Assembly: GCA_965243135.1 (NCBI GenBank)
Contig: OZ251539.1
Span: forward strand, 5,504,001-5,568,000
Length of the DNA stretch: 64,000 nucleotides
Source: Alphaproteobacteria bacterium
Lineage (GTDB): Bacteria > Pseudomonadota > Alphaproteobacteria > MPNO01 > UBA830
Reading direction: 5' to 3'
Numbering within the stretch: the first letter of the stretch is position 1; each line of letters opens with the position of its first letter. Made by a program: the position numbers and the translations under genes. Under the pieces are notes generated by a model. The model was not told where the DNA came from and ran no database searches. It saw nothing but the letters and a program-made list of their open reading frames with translations. Positions 1 through 9,570 of the stretch are shown here, piece after piece.

Positions 1-830
1 TTGCGGCGGTTCTGCGTGCTCAGGGCGAATTCGAAGAAACCGTCGAAGTCGGGCGAACCCTGGGCGTCGATGAAGCCTTCGGCCAAGCGCGGTCCTGCGG
101 TATGGCGCTCGAGGTGGAAAAACAAGGCTTCCTCCTGGTCCATCCACGCCACCAGCGCTTCGTCCGGCGATCCGACGGGATCGATACCGGGCATCGTCTC
201 GCGCGCGAAGGCGGAGAACTCCTCGGTACGCGGGAATCCGCTTTCGAACCGGGAAATCATGCTTTCCAGCATCTCCGGCTGCTCCGGTTCCGGAGGTCGA
301 ATGCCGAGCACCTCAAGAACCGCCCGGGCCGCATGACCGAGGCGGATGCCTTCGTCAGGCGGCAGCAGCCTCGCTTCAGCCTGGTCGTTCTGGATTGTCA
401 GCCCGAAAAGCCACAGAAGCTGCCGGGCGATGGTCGCGTCGGCCGGGCATAGCATGACATGCAGCCTCGGTTCCGCGGTTCTGGCGACCACGAGAAGATC
501 TCCGGCGGCCGCTCTTCGAACGATCTCTTCGGATTCGGCCGCGTAGTAGAGATGGTATTCGGGCGCGCGGTGTCTTTTGCCTTTGCGCACGTTGCTCCAT
601 GTGCAAAACGAGGTCGAACTGGCAAGAACGCCGTCCTCCGTGTCGTCGAGCCAGTAGAAAGTCGCGGGGAACCTTTTCTTTTCGTCGGTTTCTCCCATAA
701 ACCGGCGGAAGACGCCGACTCCCTGGAACTCGTGCTGGTTTGAGCGCCGCCTGTTGATCTCGACTTCGGTCAGCCGCTTCGCTCCCGCTCCGTCAAAGTA
801 ATCGGAGAGAACGCCGAACTTCATGGACAT
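1..830 (-). CDS. EcoRII-family type II restriction endonuclease (3' end runs off the window)
   Basis: Not in the ORF track; translated manually from ATG 830, overlapping the vsr stop: MSMKFGVLSDYFDGAGAKRLTEVEINRRRSNQHEFQG...DEALVAWMDQEEALF...DFDGFFEFALSTQNRR(K). Matches the EcoRII-C 'S.QNRRKSRAG' region; operonic with C5 MTase and vsr. Confidence 0.85.
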   Translation of the reverse strand, partial: MSMKFGVLSDYFDGAGAKRLTEVEINRRRSNQHEFQGVGVFRRFMGETDEKKRFPATFYWLDDTEDGVLASSTSFCTWSNVRKGKRHRAPEYHLYYAAESEEIVRRAAAGDLLVVARTAEPRLHVMLCPADATIARQLLWLFGLTIQNDQAEARLLPPDEGIRLGHAARAVLEVLGIRPPEPEQPEMLESMISRFESGFPRTEEFSAFARETMPGIDPVGSPDEALVAWMDQEEALFFHLERHTAGPRLAEGFIDAQGSPDFDGFFEFALSTQNRR

Positions 831-1282
831 GCCTCTCCCTCCATTTGCCCTTCCGGGTCGCCGCCCGTGACCCACGCGCAGACGCGATCCATCAGACTCT
901 CGAAGTCGATGCGCGTTCGACCCTTGAGGGCGCATTCCCAGACCACGAGCTGGCGCCAGCCGCTTTCCCGAAGGGCAACGCGAACTTCCTCGTCACGTTC
1001 CCGGTTGCGCGCGATCTTGGCCTGCCAGAATTCGGTTCGCGTCGCCGGCATCCTGAACAGATGGCAGCCATGGCCATGCCAGAAGCAGCCATGCACGAAG
1101 ATCGCCGCCCGGTAGCGCCTCAGGACCATGTCAGGTTTGCCGCAGATCGAGCCGGAGTGGAGCCGGTATCGAAACCCCCGCGCATGCAAGCCCCTTCTGA
1201 TCAGCAACTCGGGCTTCGTGTTCTTGCCTCTGATGCCGGCCATCATCCGGCTGCGGGTGGCCCTGTCCACCACGTCGATCAT
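821..1282 (-). CDS. vsr: Very short patch repair endonuclease Vsr
   Basis: MIDVVDRATRSRMMAGIRGKNTKPE...GKPD...FVHGCFWHGH...VVWECA; ATGA overlap with MTase stop. Confidence 0.95.
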   Translation of the reverse strand: MIDVVDRATRSRMMAGIRGKNTKPELLIRRGLHARGFRYRLHSGSICGKPDMVLRRYRAAIFVHGCFWHGHGCHLFRMPATRTEFWQAKIARNRERDEEVRVALRESGWRQLVVWECALKGRTRIDFESLMDRVCAWVTGGDPEGQMEGEACP

Positions 1283-2571
1283 AACCCCATGATCTCCAGT
1301 TGCGCGAAGGGCGAGGCTTGTTCGCCCTCGAGCAGATACGGCGCCATGTGACGAGCCACGCGCTCCACCACAGGCACGGCGACCGCGTTGCCGAACTGCC
1401 GGTAAGCCTGGGTGTCGCTGACCGGGATATGGAAATCCGCCCTGTCCGGCTTGTCGAAGCCCATCAGCCGCGAACATTCCCGCGGCGTCAGGCGCCGCGG
1501 ATTGCCCTGCGGGCGCCTGACCAGGATCTCCGATCCGTCCTTGTAGTACCGGGCGGAAAGGGTGCGCGCCACATCGTTCGGCCCGACAAGGCCGAAACCA
1601 AACCCGTTGCCGTGCCGGCGGTGTTTCTCCGCGTAGTCCTGCAGATACCGCCAGAGATGGTCGGAAAGGGTATACTTGTCGCTCACCCGGCCTTCCCGGT
1701 CGGTGTAGTGCTTGTCCGGTTGCTCGGAACCGTCTTCCGGATGAAGGATCGTCGCCAGCCTCGGACCCGAGCCCGGCTCCGGGACATGCAGATCCTCCAG
1801 CGAGAAATCCGATCGGTCACGGAATCCGACGATAAAAATACGCTCCCTGTGCTGCGGAAGCATGCCCTTCGCGTCGATTACGCGCCAGTTGACGTGATAC
1901 CCGAGGTCTTCCCCGAGCGTCTCGCGGATAACCCGGAACGTGTTTCCGCGGTCGTGATTGACGAGGTTCTTGACGTTTTCCAGCAGGAACGCCTTCGGCC
2001 GGTGATGCGCGATGATCCGGGCCACTTCGAAAAACAGGGTGCCCTGGGCCTCGCAGCGGAAGCCGTGGGCGTGACCGAGGGCATTTTTCTTGCTTACTCC
2101 GGCGATCGAGAAAGGCTGGCACGGGAAACCTGCGAGAAGCAGTTCGTGCTCCGGGATATCGGCCGGTTCCGTCTTGGTGATGTCGCCCGCCATCGGATGG
2201 GCGTCGCCGTCGCGATAGTTGGCCAGATAGGTTCGCACGGCGTATTTGTCCCACTCTGACGTGAAGACGCAGCGTCCGCCGATGGCGGTGAAGCCGCGTC
2301 TCAGCCCGCCGATCCCGGCGAACAGATCGATGAAGCGGAAATTATCCTGGTGCGGGACGCGCTGCTCGACGCGGTTCTCGATCAGGCTTTCGATCATGCC
2401 GATCACGGACCTGCGAGGCTTCGTGTCCCCCCTTTCCCACCTGTGCAGGGTCCGCTCCGAATAGCCCAACGCGGCGGCCAGTTCCGAAACCGGCATTCCC
2501 GTCTGCAGGCGGAGCGTGGCGAAGTTCGTCCTGTCGGTCATCTCAAGAGGCATGGGGAATAATTGCGACAT
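1279..2571 (-). CDS. dcm: DNA (cytosine-5)-methyltransferase with N-terminal Xre-type HTH (Dcm/M.EcoRII-like)
   Basis: Motifs DLFAGIGG, AGFPCQPFS, LENVKNL, PQHRERIF, RTLSARYYKDGSE, RQFGNAV; N-terminal ELAAALGYSERTLHRWERG HTH; start uncertain (2571/2553/2541). Confidence 0.92.
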   Translation of the reverse strand: MSQLFPMPLEMTDRTNFATLRLQTGMPVSELAAALGYSERTLHRWERGDTKPRRSVIGMIESLIENRVEQRVPHQDNFRFIDLFAGIGGLRRGFTAIGGRCVFTSEWDKYAVRTYLANYRDGDAHPMAGDITKTEPADIPEHELLLAGFPCQPFSIAGVSKKNALGHAHGFRCEAQGTLFFEVARIIAHHRPKAFLLENVKNLVNHDRGNTFRVIRETLGEDLGYHVNWRVIDAKGMLPQHRERIFIVGFRDRSDFSLEDLHVPEPGSGPRLATILHPEDGSEQPDKHYTDREGRVSDKYTLSDHLWRYLQDYAEKHRRHGNGFGFGLVGPNDVARTLSARYYKDGSEILVRRPQGNPRRLTPRECSRLMGFDKPDRADFHIPVSDTQAYRQFGNAVAVPVVERVARHMAPYLLEGEQASPFAQLEIMGL

Positions 2572-2610
2572 TCTGACGCCATTATTCACAATTTTTCGAA
2601 TCAGGCAAAA

Positions 2611-2869
2611 CATCCCTGTAGCGAGGCGTTTGCGCCGCGCCATTTTTTCCGGCCCGCCGCCCGGTCGGCGCCCCGTGATTCGATCCGTCCGCCCGCCGAC
2701 GGGGCCGCATGGACGGCCAATATTCTGAACAAAAATATATGGTTGCCGCGGCGGCGCGCCGTAGACCCGGGGCGGCCGAGCCGTGACGCGGGCGCCCGGT
2801 GGCAGTTGTGGAGAAGACGGTCGGGCGACCGCAGCGGTCATCCCGTGTTGCACGGGCCGACCCGGCGAC
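2611..2869. repeat. ~255 bp direct repeat R, copy 1 (pairs with 5536-5792)
   Basis: Near-identical stretch catccc..gaggcgtttgcg..ccaatattctgaaca..ggtcatcccgtgt(t/c)gcacgggccgacccggcgac. Confidence 0.9.
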
Positions 2870-2923
2870 TTCGCGAACGCCACCCGCGCAACCGGAAACC
2901 GGGCCGAGGCGGCGTTCGCCGCG

Positions 2924-3800
2924 TCACGGCAGGAATACCGGCAGTTTGTCGGCGGCGCGCCGCATCGCTTCTTCGCCGCGCCGGTCGTAGCGGGCGGTCG
3001 TCTGCGGGCTGGCGTGTCCGGCGAGACGCTGGACGATCGCGAGGTCGGCGTCGGACTCGAGCAGGTCGCTGACGAACGTCCGGCGCAGGTCGTGCGGACT
3101 GCGGGGCGCGACGCCGGCCTGTTCGCATCGGCGCTTCAGCCAGATCATGGCCGTCTGCGCCGTGACCGCGCGGATAGCCAAGCGTCCGGCCTTGTCGATC
3201 GGGCAGAGCAGCGGTCCGGGACCGCGGCCGCGGACGGCGATCTATGCGTCGATGGCCCGCCTGGCGTCGCCGGCCGCGAATGCGGTGCGCTGCCGGTTCC
3301 CCTTGCCGATCACGCGAAGCGCTCCAGTGCTCCGGTCGTAGTCGCCGATCCGAAGGGCGACCGCCGCCCCGTCGCGGGATCCGGCCGGCGTCGGATCCGC
3401 GGCGCAGGCCGCGAACAGCCGCCTGATCTCGCCCGGTTCGAGCGCCCGGCCCGCCGGCGGCCTGCTGCGGGGGACGTCGACGGCCCGCATGTAGTCGTCC
3501 GTTCCGATCTGGCCCAGGCGCCAGCCGCCTTCAGGACGCCTCGAAGGGCCGCGAGGTACTTGTTGGCCGTCGCGGGGGCCATTTCCTCGGCGACGGCCGA
3601 CCTGACGTCCGCGACGTGCTGGAAGCGGAAGTTCGGCCAGGGAACGTGGGCCGCGCCGGGAAAGCCGGCGAGCGCGGCGAGCCGGTCCAGCGTGCTGCAC
3701 ATGCCGTCGCGGGCGGGGCCTTCCGCGAGGCCGGCGAGGTAGACGGCGGCCGGATTCTCGTCCGCCTTCGCGGCCGGATCCCCGGCGAGGGCCGGGAACG
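2924..3800 (-). pseudogene. Decayed copy of the tyrosine recombinase at 9571-10536
   Basis: Near-identical DNA with several small deletions; one removes the catalytic GLRRAE segment; HDLRR...GHASPQTTARYDRR retained. Confidence 0.9.
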
Positions 3801-3979
3801 GTCCGCGGGTCGTGGGCGGAAACGAAGAACGCCTTCTTCCCGAACTCAGCTTGCGGCTTGTAGCTTGGTTATGCTATGTCTGAAACAATGGATAACCGCA
3901 ACTCCACCACCTCGAATATCTCGACGCCTTTGCGGAGTTCATCGAGACGAGCTCTAAGACACAAGAGAGGAATCCTGTA

Positions 3980-4810
3980 ATGTTGAAAATACCCAAAGAT
4001 AGAGCTATACAACTCATAAAGCGCCAGCTCAATGAGATCGAATTTAAAATTGGCGGCATTCTGTCTGGCGAAATCTTATCTTCAAGTTTTGAGACGGTGT
4101 CGACGAGTTCTGGAATAGATAGTGATCTCCATAAATGGCGCAGAAGTACGCAAGGTTGCATTTCGAGGATTTTTGGAGAAGATTCTGAGCATTACAAAGA
4201 ATTGTTGTCAACAGAGTTCTTTTCAGGGTCTCCAAGTGGCCCCAAAAACAAAAAAGGAGAGACGTTTGTTGCTGATTTGCAACAAGCCGCGGGGATCCTT
4301 GGATCGATGATTGAGGAAATACAGAATTGGTCGGACGAAAAACAACCTTTCGTCGCCCGAATCGAAAACGATTCCCAATCGAAGAAAATTTTCGTTGTTC
4401 ATGGAAGGGATGAGAGCACGAGAGAGGCCGCATCGGGGTTTTTGCGCGAACTGAGCCTCGAACCGATTATATTAGGCGAGCAGGCCAGTGGCGGCGCAAC
4501 GATCATAGAGAAATTTGAGCAATACGCGGATGTTGGATTCGCTTTGGTGTTGTTAACTCCCGATGATGCAGGCTCCCTTCAGGGAGAGGATATTAATCCC
4601 CGAGCTCGACAAAATGTCATTTTTGAAATGGGTTTTTTTGTGGGATGCCTCGGAAGGAAACGTGTGATCCTCTTGAAAACGGATGAAATTGAAATCCCGT
4701 CAGACTACACGGGAGTTCTATATATCGAATTGGACGATAACGGTAAATGGAAAAAGGATCTCGTCAGGGAACTGAAAAATGCAGGGTGTGAAGTGGAGGA
4801 GAGCGAATGA
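3980..4810 (+). CDS. Predicted nucleotide-binding protein with C-terminal TIR-like domain (CAP12/Pycsar-effector-type TIR)
   Basis: KIFVVHGRD...LEPIILGEQASGGATIIEKFE...VLLTPDD...RARQNVIFEMGFF...EIPSDYTGVLY; lower GC than flanks; GAGG RBS. Confidence 0.88.
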   Translation: MLKIPKDRAIQLIKRQLNEIEFKIGGILSGEILSSSFETVSTSSGIDSDLHKWRRSTQGCISRIFGEDSEHYKELLSTEFFSGSPSGPKNKKGETFVADLQQAAGILGSMIEEIQNWSDEKQPFVARIENDSQSKKIFVVHGRDESTREAASGFLRELSLEPIILGEQASGGATIIEKFEQYADVGFALVLLTPDDAGSLQGEDINPRARQNVIFEMGFFVGCLGRKRVILLKTDEIEIPSDYTGVLYIELDDNGKWKKDLVRELKNAGCEVEESE

Positions 4811-5361
4811 GGTTTATCTTCTCCTCCCCAAACCTTCTCGGGTTCGCTAAAAGACCGCGCAACTCATCCGTAGTCTTTGGAGCGTCCGCTGCAGGCGTTA
4901 ACCGGGAAGAGGATCAGTCGTTGCCGACTGGCCGGCAGGCGCTGGACAGCGATCAGGTTCTGGAACGCCGCGGTCGCTGGCAACGCACGACCTGTCTGAA
5001 CGCCTTCACCGTTCTGGAAGCGGAAAGGCATGTCTCGTTGCTGCCGTGTTGCGGCGCTTGAGGGCGGCCCCGGTGGTGCCGGACGCAGTCGGCGCGGTCG
5101 AGGGATCGAAGTCGGTTCCAACGACGGAGCCGGGGTGACGGACCGCGGCGGCGAAATCCGCTTCTGTCGTGCGTCGATCGACCCAACCATGTTGGGAGAT
5201 CAGGGTGCGAGTTCGTTTTCCGGGGTCTCCCGTCTCCCGATCGCGGTCTGCCTCCGAGAGCCGCATGTGTATGATCGCGCTCGGGAGCGCACTCGACCCG
5301 CGTTTCGAAAGCTGCATTACGGAGCGGATATGGAAGCGTAGCGGCGACAAGAGGAGCGAAG

Positions 5362-5545
5362 ATGACCACCGACCGCGATTTCCTGATCGTCGCCATGGAC
5401 AAGTTCATCCTTGCCACGCACGATTCCGGCTACAAGGATACCCCGAGCGCAGTCTCCGAACTCGTGGACAACTCGCTTCAGGCCGGTTCCACGGAAATCG
5501 CCGTCACGCTCGCCCTGGACGAGCGCGACGGCGTGCATCCCATAG
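5362..5545 (+). pseudogene. N-terminal fragment of a GHKL/MORC-type ATPase, truncated by repeat R
   Basis: GAGGAG RBS; DSGYKDTPSAVSELVDNSLQAGSTEI is the GHKL N-box (ExxDNS); similarity ends where R begins. Confidence 0.7.
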
Positions 5546-5792
5546 TGAGGCGTTTGCGCTGCGCTTTTTTTTCGGCCGCCGCCCAGTCGGCACCCCGTGA
5601 TTCGTTCCGTCCGCCCGCCGACGGGGCCGCATGAACGGCCAATATTCTGAACAAGAATATATGGTTGCCGCGGCGGCGCGCCGTAGACCCGGGCCGAACC
5701 GAGCCATGACGCGGGCTCCGGGTTGCAGTTATGGAGAAGACGGTCAGACGACCGCAGCGGTCATCCCGTGTCGCACGGGCCGACCCGGCGAC
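5536..5792. repeat. Direct repeat R, copy 2, ending in 9-bp core CCCGGCGAC (5784-5792)
   Basis: Alignment by eye to 2611-2869. Confidence 0.9.
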
Positions 5793-5799
5793 CGCCCTG

Positions 5800-6740
5800 A
5801 CGTTCTAGCAGCCGATCGCCACGATCATCGTGAGGCCGAGCCGCAGCATGCCGCGGTGTCTCACCATGCGGCAAGCGTCGTCGACCCGCCTCTGCTCCAT
5901 GGAGGAGCGGCGGTTGCAGCCGCATACCTCCAGGGTTTGCCCGGCGACCACGTTTTCGCGGGCCTGATTCGCCGGCGGACCGGCGTCGTTCGCGACCTCG
6001 ACCAGCACCGGCAGGCGGTGAACGCGATGCCGGGGCGCGGTCCGTTGCTTCCGAGAGAGCCTGTGCCTGTAGTCAAGGAACTGTTGGTCGGGTTCTCGAC
6101 GGAAACGACTGCCGAAGCGCCCCGTGCCCGTTCCTGGGCCGCGACGGCGGGGGAAATCGCGACAAGGCTCGCGTAGCCGCGTCGGATCCGGGACCGGGCC
6201 CTTTTTCGACTACGAGGTCGGCCGCAGGGGCCATCTTCTGCGCGCGGCATCTGCCGAAACCCCGAAGAAGAGGCACGGGAGATTTGTCCCAGGCACCTGC
6301 TCGCCTTTTCCCCGGACGGCGTTGCGGATCGGCATCGCGAACTGGCCGATCAGGTGTTCGCGCTCTGCGGCTTTCTCCCCGGACAGGAAGCATCCGTGTG
6401 GTCCCCCCAAAGGAGGAGACGGAGAAAGGCGTATTCGACTATCGCCCGCGTGCCGCGGGCCGCACGGCTCCGTTCCCGTCGTCGTCGAGACGTGCTCGAC
6501 ATCCGGAGGAAACAGGAAAAAGGGGACCGATAGCCGGAGCGCCTTTCGCAGGGCGGTTCTGTCCGTGCCTGCCAAGTGGGCGGTCAGGGCACCCGGGGCA
6601 AACGTGCGGCAGATTCGGGCGAGAATGGCGTCGCGACAGGTCGCGAAAGCGGCCGATAGTTGGGGCGGCGCGCCGTCCGTCCAGGATCTTCTGGCCGACT
6701 GCGCCCACACGGCCCTGCCGCTTGACGATCCGCGCTCTCT
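5800..6740 (+). pseudogene. Decayed duplicate of the C5-MTase + NotI-like nuclease pair (7273-9314)
   Basis: LQGLPGDHVFAGLIRRRTGVVRDLDQHRQAVNA and VVVETCSTSGGNRKKGTD...MASRQVAK match the intact genes, with many deletions. Confidence 0.88.
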
Positions 6741-6743
6741 GCC

Positions 6744-6955
6744 CACGGCTGCTTCCGGCGACGACACTGCTGTCCGCACGGACGGCTTCCGAAGTCGAGG
6801 CGAGACTACCGGCTCCTGAAACTCGAGCGCAACAGGGAGAGGGACGCCGGGAACGCGGCCGGCCTCCTCGAAACGGATTGGGAGATCCTCCCGCTCCAGG
6901 AATGCGAAATCGGGATCTCGACCCGGTTCGGACGCGGGCGTTTCCGGAAGGCTGA
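6744..6955 (+). pseudogene. vsr: Relic of a second vsr gene (C-terminal half)
   Basis: Manual translation HGCFRRRHCCPHGRLPKSRRDYRLLKLERNRERDAGNAAGLLETDWEILPLQECEI resembles Vsr HGCFWH..C...PKS..YW..KL.RNRERD......GW..L.IWECE. Confidence 0.7.
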
Positions 6956-7272
6956 AGGCAACCGCGCAGCCCGGCGACGGACAGTGCGACAACTTTCGCG
7001 TTCGTCAGCCGCAGCGGCGGCCAGGCAGTTTCGGCGCGGACGGAACCGCCTTTCCGGCCCCGCGTGTTCGGCGCGTGTTCGGCGCGCCAAGACGGAATTT
7101 CGACCGGCCGCCAAAATTTCCCCTTGAAAGCCAGCGGAAGACACCTTATGTTCTCAAAGGGCGGCTCTTGAGGCGCGGACGGCGCCCGGTCGTCCGCAGG
7201 GCCGTCGAAGGAAGGTCGATTGACGATTCGGAGGCTACGCAATTGAAATGCAATTGGGGGGGGGAATCTGCG

Positions 7273-8364
7273 ATGCATGACGGGCTGCCGGGCAACGCTG
7301 GAGATCGACGAGGGCCTCGCGCCGTGAAAGGCCGGACGGCCATCAGCCTGTTCGCCGGAGCGGGCGGCATGGACATCGGCGTCGACCAGGCCGGCTTCAA
7401 GACCGTTTGCGCCATCGAGGCCGATCCGCACTGCGCCGCGACGCTGCGGCGCAACGCGAAGCGGAAGACCGTCTGGCAGGTGGATGTCCGGGCGCTGGAT
7501 CCCGCGAGGATCCTGGAAGCGCTCGGGCTGGAACGGGGACAGTTGAGCCTGCTCCACGGGGGTCCGCCGTGCCAGCCCTTCAGCCAGATCGGCAAGCAGG
7601 CCGGCCTTCGCGACCCTCGCGGAGGGCTGGTCTTCGAAATGGCGAGGTTCGCGGAAGCCCTTCGTCCGACCGCCGTCCTGATCGAACAGGTGCCCAACTT
7701 CCTGCGGGCCCGGACTCTGGACGGCTCCCCCCTGCTGGACGCTCTTCAGGCGGAGTTTCGCAGACTGGGGTACGACATGCGCGCCGACCTGCTCGAGGCC
7801 AGCGAGCACGGCATCGCGCAACGCCGGCGGCGGGCGGTCATGGCGTTCGTGCCCGCGGGCCAGCGGTTCGAGTTTCCCATTCTGCGATCCGGACTTCAGG
7901 TCACGGTCGGCGAAGCGCTTCGGGGGCTCCCGGAGCCGTCCGCTCCGGGCGGAGAGCCGCCGTTTCCGAACCACGTCGACGTGACCCCGCAGCGCGATCA
8001 GGAACGCATCGCCTACGTGCCCGAAGGGCTGTGGCTCTCGAAGACGCCCGGCGTGCCTCCGAACATTCTCAGGAACCTGACCCGCAAGGACACCACGAAG
8101 TACAGAAGGCTGGATAGATCCATGCTGGCGCCGACGCTTCGATGCGGCGAAGCGCTCTATCATCCCACGGCTGACCGCTACATCACTCCTCGCGAAGCCG
8201 CGCGCCTTCAGGGCTTTCCCGACGGCCACGTTTTCGTGGGACCCATTCGCCGGCGAACCGGCGTCGTTCGCGACCTCGACCAGCACCGGCAGGTAGCGAA
8301 CGCGGTGCCGCCGCCGATGGCCAGATCCGTCGCTTCGGATCTGAGAGAGAGTCTGTGCCTGTAG
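7273..8364 (+). CDS. DNA (cytosine-5)-methyltransferase
   Basis: ISLFAGAGG, GGPPCQPFS, LIEQVPN (ENV variant), QRRRR, TPREAARLQGFPD, QVANAVPP; start may be GTG 7324. Confidence 0.92.
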   Translation: MHDGLPGNAGDRRGPRAVKGRTAISLFAGAGGMDIGVDQAGFKTVCAIEADPHCAATLRRNAKRKTVWQVDVRALDPARILEALGLERGQLSLLHGGPPCQPFSQIGKQAGLRDPRGGLVFEMARFAEALRPTAVLIEQVPNFLRARTLDGSPLLDALQAEFRRLGYDMRADLLEASEHGIAQRRRRAVMAFVPAGQRFEFPILRSGLQVTVGEALRGLPEPSAPGGEPPFPNHVDVTPQRDQERIAYVPEGLWLSKTPGVPPNILRNLTRKDTTKYRRLDRSMLAPTLRCGEALYHPTADRYITPREAARLQGFPDGHVFVGPIRRRTGVVRDLDQHRQVANAVPPPMARSVASDLRESLCL

Positions 8365-9314
8365 TCAGGGAGCTGTTCGGTCAGGTTCTCGACGGAAACA
8401 TGGATTCGAGCGCTTGCCGCAGCGCACTGTGTCCGTTCCTGGGCGAAATCTGCGACGGCGGGGGAAACCGCGACATGGCTCGCGTGGCCGCGTCGGATCC
8501 GGGACTGGGCCCCTTTTTCGACTACGAGGTCGGCCGCAGGACGCAGGGCCATCTTCCGTGCGGCATCTGCTCGGTCGAAACCCCGAAGAAAAAAGAGACA
8601 TGGGCGATTTGCTCCAGGCGACTGTTCGCCTTTTCCTCGAACGGCGTCGCGGACCGACATCGCGAGCTGGCCGACCGGGTGTTCGCGCTCTGCGGTTTTC
8701 TCCCCGGACAGGAAGTATCCGTGTGGTCTGAAATATCTCTCAAGGAGGAGGGGGAGAAAGGCGTGTTCGACTACCGCCTGGACTACGTGCTTCGGGCCGC
8801 GGAACCCGGCTCCGTTCCCGTCGTCGTCGAGATAATGACTTGCTCGACGTCCGGAGGGAACAGGGAAAAGGGGACCGATATCCAGAGCGCCTTTCGCAGG
8901 GCGGTTCTGTTCGCGCATTCGGCTGCCGGGGGTCCGGTCAGGGCCCCCGGGGTCAACGTGCGGCAGGTCTGGGCGAGAATGGCGTCGCAGCTGGTTGCGA
9001 AATCGGAAGCGGCGAACAGCTGGGGCGGGCGCGCAATCTGGATTGTCCAGGATCTTCTGGCCGACTACGTCGGAACCCACACGGCCCTGCCGCTTGACGA
9101 TCTGCGCTCGCCGGACTGGACGCCCGGCGAAGTGAACATGGTCGTTTCCGACCTGAGCGGGCCGGTCGCCCTGTACTCCGGGCCCATAAGGGCGGCGGGC
9201 GGAGACAGGAAATGCTGGTTCGAACTGCTGGGCGCCCCTCACGTTCCGACGCTGGAATCCATAACGAGGAAGCTGGACGAGATTCCTTCCGTCGCCACGT
9301 TTCGGGTGCCCTGA
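8355..9314 (+). CDS. Putative NotI-like restriction endonuclease
   Basis: Overlaps MTase stop; Cys cluster CPFLGEIC...GICSV...AICSRRL, FDY..DYV, VEIMTCSTSGGN, RMASQLVAK, resembling the NotI family. Confidence 0.6.
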   Translation: MPVVRELFGQVLDGNMDSSACRSALCPFLGEICDGGGNRDMARVAASDPGLGPFFDYEVGRRTQGHLPCGICSVETPKKKETWAICSRRLFAFSSNGVADRHRELADRVFALCGFLPGQEVSVWSEISLKEEGEKGVFDYRLDYVLRAAEPGSVPVVVEIMTCSTSGGNREKGTDIQSAFRRAVLFAHSAAGGPVRAPGVNVRQVWARMASQLVAKSEAANSWGGRAIWIVQDLLADYVGTHTALPLDDLRSPDWTPGEVNMVVSDLSGPVALYSGPIRAAGGDRKCWFELLGAPHVPTLESITRKLDEIPSVATFRVP

Positions 9315-9507
9315 AGTCCCGTTCTACGGCGCGGCTTGCGGTCGTCGGGCTTTCCTGGGAGGTCGGTTTCGCGCTTCGCGTTTGTCGGCGCGCGCATGCT
9401 CGTCTTTCGCGTTCGGAATCGTCCGCAGCCCCCGAACGGAAGCTGCGGCGCTGAAGTTCGCCGTGCGGATCCCGGCGCCACCGTCCATTCCGCATGGAAG
9501 CGCGCGT

Positions 9508-9566
9508 CCCGGCGACTCCGCGAACGCCGCCCGCGCAACCGGAAACCGGGCCGAGGCGGCGTTCGC
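9508..9566. other. Candidate recombination site: 9-bp core CCCGGCGAC plus 12-bp perfect inverted repeat downstream of the integrase
   Basis: Core 9508-9516; arms GCGAACGCCGCC (9520-9531) and GGCGGCGTTCGC (9555-9566); also conserved at 2861-2919. Confidence 0.45.
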
Positions 9567-9570
9567 CGCG

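Noticed and set aside
4830-5340. ORFs between the TIR gene and the ATPase fragment
   Set aside because: No recognisable motif or RBS; probably non-coding or an unidentifiable relic
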